Shown here in pieces: positions 56,249-64,000 of a stretch of DNA of 64,000 nucleotides. The notes below the pieces were generated by a model. It had not been told where the DNA came from. It worked only from the letters and a program-made list of their open reading frames with translations, and did not search any database. Source of the DNA: Bacteroidales bacterium (lineage in GTDB: Bacteria; Bacteroidota; Bacteroidia; Bacteroidales; JAIOZK01). The DNA lies in assembly GCA_021740625.1 (NCBI GenBank), contig JAIOZK010000002.1, positions 169,942-233,941 of the forward strand, written 5' to 3'. Numbering within the stretch: position 1 is the first letter of the stretch; each line of letters starts with the position of its first letter. Made by a program: the position numbers and the translations under genes.

Positions 56249-57654
56249 TGGATTTCTTGCATGATCATTTTTTCAAAAGCAGGCCTGAGAAAATTGTCAG
56301 GATCATATGCATCCATGAGATGATTAAAGACCTTTTCCACTGTTTTCTTCCCGCTTTTTCTATTGCTTTTGTATGTTTTCAGCAAAACTGGCAGATCATC
56401 CTTCCTTTCCAGGATGATCCGGTCCAATGCTGCATTCACTTCCTCAATGGTGCCAACGCATTCGAAGGGCTTCTCTTTCGAATCTCCGGTCAATTGCCAT
56501 AAAGTGTCCAGCAGTTCCTCATCACCGAACAAATCCTTACCAAATATCTTTTTCATTTTTTCTGCGGGGATGAATGTGGACAATATGATAAAGGTAAACA
56601 GGCATTTGGGACAGGAACAACACCATATGCCTTTTTTACTGCCGGTATTGCAGCTTCTGAAATCCAGATGAAAAGGCTTGAAGCTGGAAAACAGCTTTGC
56701 AATCTGAAGTTCATTCAAGGGTCTCAGCAGACTGAAATAATCAAGATCGGGACTGATAAAACGCCTGGTGTAATTCCTGAAATCGGATTCAAACTCAATT
56801 GATTTGGAATATTGATGATTGACACCGGTTTCGGGTATAGTGGGTTCATTGGCGCTGGATTCATTCGAAAGGGCGATAAACTTATTATTGCTCAACAAAG
56901 CACCCATGGAGGAAACAATAGCAACGATAGCAGAAAATGGTGTGTGGCCGTTCAGATATCCTTTTTGATTAAGCTGGAGCAGTTCCGGGGCTATGACCCT
57001 TTTTGCCACGATCCACTCTTCTTCGGGATATCCGGCTATACCCAGTATTTTATTATGCACCTGAGCAGGATTGATGATAAAGGGTCTGATCTCGAAATCA
57101 TGTTTGCGGAGTAATTCCATGCTCACAACAGAATCTTTTCCTCCTCCAACCGGCAGAATTACTTCTTTGTCAGAGAGCCCGGCAAAACTTTTAAATGTTT
57201 TATCCGATTCAACTTTGAAATTTAAAAAGCCATTGAATTCGGGAACGATGCCATTGGTATGAAAAAATTCTCCCAGGCCTTTGTAGAAAAGTTTTTTCCA
57301 CCAATTTTGCTGCCACTGGTCAAGATGCCCGGCCCTGATAACGATCTGAGGTGGACAGGCAGCTTTCCAGTAACTAATCATTTCAGTCAAGCCAAGGTTG
57401 AAAGCAAGAAGTTCAATGCTCTCATCGTCAATATTATTCAAGGAATAAAAATCCCTTATTGGGAAACTCACACGAGGATGAAAGTTGATGTTGGGTTCCA
57501 GTTTGAAGTAAAAATCAATTCGTAATTCTGCAGGCCCCTTTGTGATTTCAAAGTGCTCGTAAGTCAGGGATGGGTGTGCTTTCCCGAGACGATTGTATTT
57601 TTCCTGCCCGTGCCTGCTCAACATGAATAATGGTATTATTTTTGATTCATTCAA
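56233..57654 (-). CDS. Uncharacterised PP-loop-like ATP-utilising protein, candidate MurL-type partner of the MurD-like ligase
   Basis: 473 aa. LPVGGGKDSVV resembles the SGGxDS PP-loop, and there is a Cys cluster WCCSCPKC. It overlaps the downstream ligase gene by 16 nt. The functional call is an inference. Confidence 0.45.
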   Translation of the reverse strand: MNESKIIPLFMLSRHGQEKYNRLGKAHPSLTYEHFEITKGPAELRIDFYFKLEPNINFHPRVSFPIRDFYSLNNIDDESIELLAFNLGLTEMISYWKAACPPQIVIRAGHLDQWQQNWWKKLFYKGLGEFFHTNGIVPEFNGFLNFKVESDKTFKSFAGLSDKEVILPVGGGKDSVVSMELLRKHDFEIRPFIINPAQVHNKILGIAGYPEEEWIVAKRVIAPELLQLNQKGYLNGHTPFSAIVAIVSSMGALLSNNKFIALSNESSANEPTIPETGVNHQYSKSIEFESDFRNYTRRFISPDLDYFSLLRPLNELQIAKLFSSFKPFHLDFRSCNTGSKKGIWCCSCPKCLFTFIILSTFIPAEKMKKIFGKDLFGDEELLDTLWQLTGDSKEKPFECVGTIEEVNAALDRIILERKDDLPVLLKTYKSNRKSGKKTVEKVFNHLMDAYDPDNFLRPAFEKMIMQEIQWKNS

Positions 57655-57700
57655 GAAACAAATTTACGAATTCAGCATGACTTGCTAATTTTTTTTGACT

Positions 57701-58291
57701 ATGAGCGACATCAACGATATGATAACGATCAAAACCAACAACATTGCCCCCGAAAAGGGCAAATTACTAATTTCGGAACCCTTTCTGCTGGATTATTATT
57801 TTAAACGATCGGTTGTTTTACTGGCTGAACACAATGAAGAAGGTTCCTTCGGTATCATCATGAACAAACCGCTTGATACATCTTTTAACGAAGTTGTCAA
57901 GGATTTCCCTGAGTTTGATACGAACATCTTTCTTGGAGGACCCGTGAAAAACGACAGCCTGTTTTTTATTCATACCATGGGTGATAATATCGACAACAGT
58001 GCTGAGATCATGGATGGTTTGTACTGGGGCGGGGATATAGAGCAGGTGAAAGAAATGATTACATTGAAACTGATTAAACCCAGCGATATAAGATTCTACA
58101 TAGGCTATTCTGGCTGGGGTGCCAATCAGCTTGCCGGGGAATTGAAAAGAAATTCATGGGTAGTTTCCGGAATGCCGGCCAGGGAACTGTTAAATATCGA
58201 TCCGGTTGCATTGTGGAAGAAGTCCCTGAACAAACTGGGGGATACCTATGCATATTGGCCAAACTTTCCGGCTGATCCGGCTTCCAATTAA
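57701..58291 (+). CDS. YqgE/AlgH family protein (UPF0301)
   Basis: GKLLISEPFLLDYYFKRSVVLLAEHNEEGSFGIIMNKP is typical of the family. The track start is a TTG at 57695, and I prefer the ATG at 57701. Confidence 0.8.
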   Translation: MSDINDMITIKTNNIAPEKGKLLISEPFLLDYYFKRSVVLLAEHNEEGSFGIIMNKPLDTSFNEVVKDFPEFDTNIFLGGPVKNDSLFFIHTMGDNIDNSAEIMDGLYWGGDIEQVKEMITLKLIKPSDIRFYIGYSGWGANQLAGELKRNSWVVSGMPARELLNIDPVALWKKSLNKLGDTYAYWPNFPADPASN

Positions 58292-58296
58292 TGATA

Positions 58297-58902
58297 TTAA
58301 CCCGTTATTGAACGCCAGAACTGAATAAAAAATCCCGGGTTGATCACCAGAGTAAAAACAATTCCATACACTGCTCCCCAGAAGTGTGCAGAATGCCCCA
58401 CATTGTCTTCTCCCCGCTTAGCCATGTAATAAGAATACACAAGATAGAGAATTCCGAATACGAAGGATGGAATGGGGATGGGCAGCAATAAAAACATGAT
58501 GGTTCCTGTGGGATTGATGATGATACTGGAAAAAACCACTGCCGATACAGCTCCCGAAGCACCCACTGCATTGTAATAAATATTTTCTTTTTGTTTACCG
58601 TAATCAAAGATTACAGAAAACAATATACCTCCCACATACAACAGGAAATAATACAGCAGACCCCGCGTGCTGAAAAGCATTTTAAAAACAGATTCAACGA
58701 AATCCCCGAAAGAAAATAATACAAACATATTGATCAGCAAATGTCCCCATCCTGCGTGTATCAGACCATAGGTCAGGAAGCGCCAGGGTTCCCGACTGTG
58801 CTTTATCAAGTATGCGTTGAACTTAAGTTTATCGAATAAAGCCGGGTTGTTGAACGCCAACAATGAAACAACTACTGTAATGCTGATGATGAAATAGGTC
58901 AT
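58297..58902 (-). CDS. Rhomboid family intramembrane serine protease
   Basis: 201 aa with 6 TM helices. It has HAGWGHLLINM, the catalytic Ser in GASGAVSAV, and His in AHFWGAVYG. Confidence 0.85.
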   Translation of the reverse strand: MTYFIISITVVVSLLAFNNPALFDKLKFNAYLIKHSREPWRFLTYGLIHAGWGHLLINMFVLFSFGDFVESVFKMLFSTRGLLYYFLLYVGGILFSVIFDYGKQKENIYYNAVGASGAVSAVVFSSIIINPTGTIMFLLLPIPIPSFVFGILYLVYSYYMAKRGEDNVGHSAHFWGAVYGIVFTLVINPGFFIQFWRSITG

Positions 58903-58904
58903 GA

Positions 58905-59723
58905 TCAGGGCTGGTTATTTTCAATTGCTGTATAATCGAGTTCGGAACCCAGCACGCTATGTGGGATCAGGTAAACCGCGATCAGTGCGAGTGATGCAAT
59001 GATCGGCCAGCTGCGGTTTTCTTTATTTTTTCTCAGGACAAAAAAGGCAATTATCCAAAGAATGAAGGATACGAGTGTTTTATTATCGGTCAGGTCGTGT
59101 CCGAAAGGCCAACCTGTCCAGTAAGCATCAAAAGCATATTTCTGGACGATGGGCCCCAGGATCATGCCACCCAAAAGAAGCAGTAATGTTGTAATGATGG
59201 TATAGAGATATGTGTACTTGCCCTTCAGGAGCGCCTCAATGCCCGTTCTGATGGAAAAAACCATTGCCAGGAAAATAAAGAAAATATGCGGATACAATAC
59301 CTGATCAGGCACGGAGCCTTTGAACCTTATGATCACAGGTTCTTCGGTAATTCTTTTCACTGTGCCGTTTTTTTCAATATCCACCTTATACATTACTTTC
59401 CCGGCTGCAGGTTGCCTGGGGATGCTTGCGCGTAATTTGCCATCAACCCGCTCCATTGGTATTGTTGTCCATTTGTCATGGCTTTTGTATCTTCGGAAAT
59501 GAAAAGTGCCCTTGATATCAGGGTCTTTTGTTTCCACTTCCACCATTGCATCCTCATCGCTGTCCTGTGACCTGGGAAAATGGTAATCCAACGCTACTCC
59601 TTCTATTGTTGCCGAACTGTTTACCGGGTAAGTCGGCCCGGTCATTCTCTGGTAAATGGCAAACACAGCCATCAAAAGAAAGGATAATATCCAAAGCAGT
59701 ACTGATCTGATTTTCCTGTTCAT
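58905..59723 (-). CDS. Hypothetical membrane protein (N-terminal TM, ~110-aa extracytoplasmic beta-rich domain, 4-5 C-terminal TM)
   Basis: 272-aa ORF ending 2 nt before the rhomboid start. No family was recognised. Confidence 0.45.
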   Translation of the reverse strand: MNRKIRSVLLWILSFLLMAVFAIYQRMTGPTYPVNSSATIEGVALDYHFPRSQDSDEDAMVEVETKDPDIKGTFHFRRYKSHDKWTTIPMERVDGKLRASIPRQPAAGKVMYKVDIEKNGTVKRITEEPVIIRFKGSVPDQVLYPHIFFIFLAMVFSIRTGIEALLKGKYTYLYTIITTLLLLLGGMILGPIVQKYAFDAYWTGWPFGHDLTDNKTLVSFILWIIAFFVLRKNKENRSWPIIASLALIAVYLIPHSVLGSELDYTAIENNQP

Positions 59724-59736
59724 TTTTAGTTATTCG

Positions 59737-60651
59737 TTAAACATCTCCATTATGAATCATCTCCTTATCATGGCAGAAATCGTATTCCATCTGCAATGTG
59801 ACATGTGTGATGCCAAATCTCCGGTTCAGCATCTCCTTTACTTTCAGAAGTACCTTTTCGCTCTCACTGAGTCGTAGATCTTTTTTCAAATCAATGTGTG
59901 CCTCAAAGTGAATTTCCTTATCGCTTAAATTCCAGGCATGTACATGATGTATGCCACTGATCTCCTGTATTTTTTCAATTCTTCTTTGAATTTCTTTCAG
60001 ATTAATATTTTTGGGAGTTCCCTGCATGAGGATGTTGTATGTTTCCATCAAAACACTGATGGTTTCCTTGATAATATAAATACTAATGAGTACTGTAATG
60101 AGAGGGTCTACCCAGTAAACATCAAAGAAATAGATCAGGATACCACCCACAATAACCGCTACGGAGGAAAGTGTATCTCCGATGAGATGCAGGTAAGCAG
60201 CTTTGATGTTGATGTTTGATTTTGAGTGTCCCCTAAGCAGGAAGACTGCCACGAAGTTTGCGATCAGTCCGATTACAGCAACCACGAACATGGGTATGCT
60301 CTTTACGGGTTCGGGTTCCAAAAACCTCTGATAAGCCTCGTAAAGCAGGAATACACAAATACCGATCAGTACGACCGAATTGAAAAATGCCGCCAGTATT
60401 TGTATTCTTTTGTATCCAAATGTCTTTCGTTCTGTGGATTGCCTCTTGCTGACCCTGACGGCAATATAGGTAATCAATACAGCAACACCATCGCTGAAAT
60501 TATGCAATGCATCCGAGATCAGCGCAAGACTGTTGGAGAGGAGACCACCTATGATCTCTGCTACGGAAATAACCATGTTCAGGAGTACTGTGATAAACAG
60601 GTTCCTGCTTTCCTTCTTTTCGTTATTTCCAGCTTTCAGGTGTATATGCAT
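59737..60651 (-). CDS. Cation diffusion facilitator transporter (CzcD/ZitB-like)
   Basis: 304 aa. It has LISDALHNFSDG and HLIGDTLSS metal-site motifs and a C-terminal cytoplasmic domain. Confidence 0.9.
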   Translation of the reverse strand: MHIHLKAGNNEKKESRNLFITVLLNMVISVAEIIGGLLSNSLALISDALHNFSDGVAVLITYIAVRVSKRQSTERKTFGYKRIQILAAFFNSVVLIGICVFLLYEAYQRFLEPEPVKSIPMFVVAVIGLIANFVAVFLLRGHSKSNINIKAAYLHLIGDTLSSVAVIVGGILIYFFDVYWVDPLITVLISIYIIKETISVLMETYNILMQGTPKNINLKEIQRRIEKIQEISGIHHVHAWNLSDKEIHFEAHIDLKKDLRLSESEKVLLKVKEMLNRRFGITHVTLQMEYDFCHDKEMIHNGDV

Positions 60652-60655
60652 TTGC

Positions 60656-63622
60656 TTACTCTATATCAGAATCTTCAAGTTGTAAAGCATCGTAAATGGC
60701 CTGGTGAATATTGGTACGTATATTTTCTTCCATTATTGTTGCATTGGAAGCATCCGGATGGATCCGGTTGGACAAAAATATATAAATAAGTTCATTCCTG
60801 GGATCGGCCCACACATATGTTCCGGTAAATCCGGAGTGACCGAAGGATGCGGATGAGGCACTTTTGCAATTTGGTCCGTCTTCTTCGTAAATGAGTAATG
60901 GTTTGTCAAATCCAATTCCTCTTCTGTTCAGGTAGGCAGGGAACTGGCAGGTCGTAAATTCTTCGATGATCTCCGGTTCAATGTAAATCTGTCCACCATA
61001 ATGCCCGCCATGCAATAACATTTGCATCATGATGGCGAGGTCATTGGCATTTGAGAACAGACCGGCATGACCGGCAACTCCGCCCAGCATGGCAGCTCCC
61101 GGATCATGGACATCCCCGTGCAGCAATTGATTCCTGAAGTAGCGGTCTTCTTCCGTGGGTACGATATTTTCACGGTCAAATTTTCGCAGGGGCTTGAAAC
61201 CCATCGTACTTAAACCGAGGGGGAGGTAAAATTGATCTTGTACATAATCATCAAAAGACCGGTTGGTAACATTTTCGACCATGCTTGAAAGTAAATAAAA
61301 ACCCAGGTCGCTGTATTTATAATCATGATTCTCTCTTGGAAGAGAATACTTTATACTGTCGAATAAAATGTATTTATAATCGTCTCTGATGTAAAAATTC
61401 TCTGCTACGCGGATGGGGTATTCTTCTGAAATTTCGGTACTGTATATCTTGGGATCAGGCTGACCTTTTTCATCAAGTGTAAATAAGAAATAGGGTATCC
61501 ATGTTTGCAGGCCCGACTGGTGGGCCATCAGTTCTCGTATGACCAGGTTTCCCTTGTCAGTTCCCTGCAGGTAGGAAAGGTATCTCTTCAGGGGTGCATC
61601 AATGTCAATTTTTCCTTCCTGGTAAAGCTTCATGACTGAGAGGGTGGTGGCTGCAATTTTTGTGATTGATGCCAGGTCGTACAGATCGTCAGGGCCGACA
61701 GATTTCTTTTCATCATAGGTATGATAACCGAATGACTTGTTGTAAAAAACCTTTCCATTCTTTACAGCCATGATCTGGCAGCCCGGATATGCTTTTTTGT
61801 TAATTCCGGCTATTGCGATGGAATCGATCTTTCTCAGGCTGCTGTCGGCAATCTTGAATTCCTGCGGGCGGGTATATTCGAGTCGTATTTGTTTTGTTGA
61901 AATCCCGGTATTGAGCAGAAAATCAGAAGACGCACTCACAGGCAGCCTGCCCCTGGCCGCAATACCTCCCATCAAGACCTGGGCAGAAATATCCTGGCAT
62001 GTTGCATTGTCCTGGTACGAAATCAGGATGGCATCAATGTTTTTTGTGCTGTCGAAATAGGAAAGTGCGTAAGGACTCGCAAAAAGATCCAGCACGCTTG
62101 TTTTTCGGGAGGCAATTTCCTGGATGAGGTTTATGCTTCTTTGTGTAATTCCGAAATGATCCGATGCAAGAATATTTGTATTGTTGAGGCTGATGATTAC
62201 AAGGTTGTAATTTCCCAGCTTTTTAAACAAATCCTTTTTATCTCTTTCGGTAAAATACTTGCTTAGTTGATAGTGATCAAAGTTCCCGTAATAATCAAGC
62301 CTCTCCTGGAAAGTGTTTTTCTCCTTATCACCAATGCTGATGGATACAGCCTTTAGGGTATCAGGCCTGACAACTGGCAGGAGGTCCCTGTTGTTTTTAA
62401 CAAGGGTGATGGCGTTTGCATACAATTGCATGTTGAGCCATTGGTCGTAATTTCCGTTCAGACCCTGTGCCAGGTTTTTTCCCTGTGTTGTGTCAGGATG
62501 GTATAAAACATCATATTTAAAGGACAATACTTTCTTGCAGCTTTGATAAACATTTTTCACAGGGATGTTTCCCTTCAGGATCGCTTCTTTAATGGACATG
62601 ATGGCCTTTTCTGCATTTTGTGGCAATAACAGGATGTCGTTGCCTGCCTGCAATGCCTTTACTTCAATTTCACCCGGGGGGAAATACTTTGTAACACCCT
62701 TCATGTCGAGCGCGTCAGTGACAACCAAACCATTGAATTCGAGACTGTCTTTCAATAGCTTTGTCACCGTGTTATAAGATAATGTGGTGGCTGTATTTTC
62801 AGTGCTTTCAAACAGGGGGAAATATAAATGAGCGATCATTACTGCGTCAACTCCATTGTTTATTAATTTGCGGAATGGAACAAGTTCAACTTTGTTTATC
62901 CTTTCCCAGTCATGGTTAACCAGGGGAAGCGTCAGATGGGAGTCTGTTTCCGTATCGCCATGTCCGGGAAAATGCTTGGCGGTGGCTATGATGCCATGTT
63001 CCTGCAAGCCTTCCATATATGCTGTTCCTTTTCTTGCCACATTTTCCGGGTCTTCTCCGAATGAGCGCATATTGATCACCGGGTTATTTGGATTCACATT
63101 CACATCCACCACGGGGGCAAAGTTCATATGGACACCCATCATTTTACATTGTCTGGCAATGCGACTTGCCATTTGATAAATCAGTGAGTCATTTTGTATG
63201 GCTCCCAATGTCATCTGCAGCGGGAATTTGACCACACTGTCGAGCCGCATGCCCAACCCCCATTCTGCATCAATGGATACCAGCAGCGGAATCCTGGCTT
63301 TTTTTTGCCAGCGATTTGTCTGCATAAATTGCTCATGAGGCGTGGATCTGAAAAAGGTAATACCACCAATGTTGTACTTTTCAATCAGACGGTCAATCTC
63401 TTTCAGGTATTTTTTGCCGGGTTGGTTTGCTCTCACTGTGATTAGTTGAGCGATTTGCTCCTCCAGATTAAGGGTGTTAAACACCGAATCCACCCATAAA
63501 TCCCTGCCGGCCCTGTAGAGTGAATCCCTGTGAAAGTTCTGTGCAGGCAAAGGATGGGGGAAGGCAAGCAGTAATATCAGGACAATTAAAAATAATCTTT
63601 TGCCAATATCGTTTCTCAACAT
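60656..63622 (-). CDS. Fusion protein: GH3 beta-N-acetylhexosaminidase-like domain plus serine beta-lactamase/PBP-fold domain
   Basis: The N-terminal half has GH3 motifs (DAEWGLGMR, KHFPGHGDTETDSH). The C-terminal half has S-x-x-K (ASITK), YKYSD and HSGFTG motifs of the class C/PBP4* fold. I prefer Met14 (63620-63622, giving signal peptide MLRNDIGKRLFLIVLILLLAF) to the track's TTG at 63661. Confidence 0.85.
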   Translation of the reverse strand: MLRNDIGKRLFLIVLILLLAFPHPLPAQNFHRDSLYRAGRDLWVDSVFNTLNLEEQIAQLITVRANQPGKKYLKEIDRLIEKYNIGGITFFRSTPHEQFMQTNRWQKKARIPLLVSIDAEWGLGMRLDSVVKFPLQMTLGAIQNDSLIYQMASRIARQCKMMGVHMNFAPVVDVNVNPNNPVINMRSFGEDPENVARKGTAYMEGLQEHGIIATAKHFPGHGDTETDSHLTLPLVNHDWERINKVELVPFRKLINNGVDAVMIAHLYFPLFESTENTATTLSYNTVTKLLKDSLEFNGLVVTDALDMKGVTKYFPPGEIEVKALQAGNDILLLPQNAEKAIMSIKEAILKGNIPVKNVYQSCKKVLSFKYDVLYHPDTTQGKNLAQGLNGNYDQWLNMQLYANAITLVKNNRDLLPVVRPDTLKAVSISIGDKEKNTFQERLDYYGNFDHYQLSKYFTERDKKDLFKKLGNYNLVIISLNNTNILASDHFGITQRSINLIQEIASRKTSVLDLFASPYALSYFDSTKNIDAILISYQDNATCQDISAQVLMGGIAARGRLPVSASSDFLLNTGISTKQIRLEYTRPQEFKIADSSLRKIDSIAIAGINKKAYPGCQIMAVKNGKVFYNKSFGYHTYDEKKSVGPDDLYDLASITKIAATTLSVMKLYQEGKIDIDAPLKRYLSYLQGTDKGNLVIRELMAHQSGLQTWIPYFLFTLDEKGQPDPKIYSTEISEEYPIRVAENFYIRDDYKYILFDSIKYSLPRENHDYKYSDLGFYLLSSMVENVTNRSFDDYVQDQFYLPLGLSTMGFKPLRKFDRENIVPTEEDRYFRNQLLHGDVHDPGAAMLGGVAGHAGLFSNANDLAIMMQMLLHGGHYGGQIYIEPEIIEEFTTCQFPAYLNRRGIGFDKPLLIYEEDGPNCKSASSASFGHSGFTGTYVWADPRNELIYIFLSNRIHPDASNATIMEENIRTNIHQAIYDALQLEDSDIE

Positions 63623-63765
63623 TATCTTCCTCCGATAAAAATATGATGTGGCAGGTGGCAAAACTCAAAGCAAATATCTGATTTTTTACATTGATAAGAT
63701 CAAGTTTTCCATTTTTATTAACATTTGTTTTTTGAGGGAATGAAATAATATACATTTGAAAAAAA

Positions 63766-64000
63766 ATGAATATGCCCGACTTCAACTATCTTGAAAAACT
63801 AACATCACAGGTTAGGCGCGACATTATCAGAATGGTGCACGGAGCAAAATCCGGTCATCCGGGTGGCTCGCTGGGTTGTGCGGAATTTTTTGTTGCACTG
63901 TATTTTGAAATACTCAAACACGATCCTCATAACTTTTCAATGGATGGAATTGGAGAAGACATTTTTATTTTATCCAACGGGCATATAACTCCTGTTTTTT
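63766..64000 (+). CDS. Transketolase, N-terminal subunit (5' fragment, continues past the window)
   Basis: Manual translation gives MNMPDFNYLEKLTSQVRRDIIRMVHGAKSGHPGGSLGCAEFFVALYFEILKHDP...ILSNGH, which carries the TPP-binding SGHPGGSLG motif. Confidence 0.85.
   Translation, partial: MNMPDFNYLEKLTSQVRRDIIRMVHGAKSGHPGGSLGCAEFFVALYFEILKHDPHNFSMDGIGEDIFILSNGHITPVF

Noticed and set aside
1-64000. Search by eye for transposases, integrases, phage genes, rRNA, toxin-antitoxin pairs or known multi-gene defence systems beyond the R-M pair.
   Set aside because: None could be supported from the ORF translations. Their absence cannot be proven without HMM searches.

Overview
This is a 64 kb chromosomal segment that looks like Bacteroidota. 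The evidence is a short 286-aa primary sigma factor, a bTHX ribosomal protein, TAnnTTTG-type promoter motifs, a GH57/GT4 alpha-glucan operon and a zeaxanthin-type crt cluster. About 60 protein genes are supported, mostly housekeeping or envelope-related. In window order they are:
- a truncated S9 peptidase;
- a 2-gene type II restriction-modification islet (MT-A70 methyltransferase plus BglII/BamHI-like nuclease);
- an alpha-glucan operon (debranching enzyme, GT4 synthase-like, GH57, GlgP);
- two adjacent hybrid sensor kinases;
- fabG, a large vWA-like membrane protein, a YdcF-like protein and an M48 protease;
- rpoD, pnp and rpsO;
- a GIY-YIG nuclease gene bracketed by structured repeats;
- a TetR / LolA-like / 2x FtsX / ABC / beta-barrel operon;
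- a MarC-family gene and the carotenoid cluster (crtI, crtB, unknown ORF, idi, crtZ, lycopene-cyclase-domain gene);
- an LRR lipoprotein, an HD hydrolase, an MscS channel and pepC;
- SUI1/YciH, a DgkB/YegS-like lipid kinase next to an LtaS-family transferase, and a PAS kinase;
- recQ, mpg, HU, fmt, a TPR protein, trmH and bTHX with a long K/E-rich tail;
- an overlapping pair of a MurD-like ligase and a PP-loop-like protein;
- YqgE/AlgH, a rhomboid, a CDF transporter, a GH3/beta-lactamase-fold fusion and the start of transketolase.

I found no rRNA, tRNA, CRISPR array, transposase, integrase or phage genes by eye. The items most worth follow-up are:
1. the MurD-like/PP-loop pair, a candidate MurD2-MurL-type alternative D-Glu route or a new ligase module;
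2. a FliG-C-like domain fused to the GH57 enzyme;
3. bTHX fused to a histone-H1-like tail;
4. the GIY-YIG gene flanked by nested-palindrome repeats that show compensatory changes;
5. the ABC/LolA-like/beta-barrel export operon of unknown substrate.

All family assignments come from motif recognition by eye. No database search was run.
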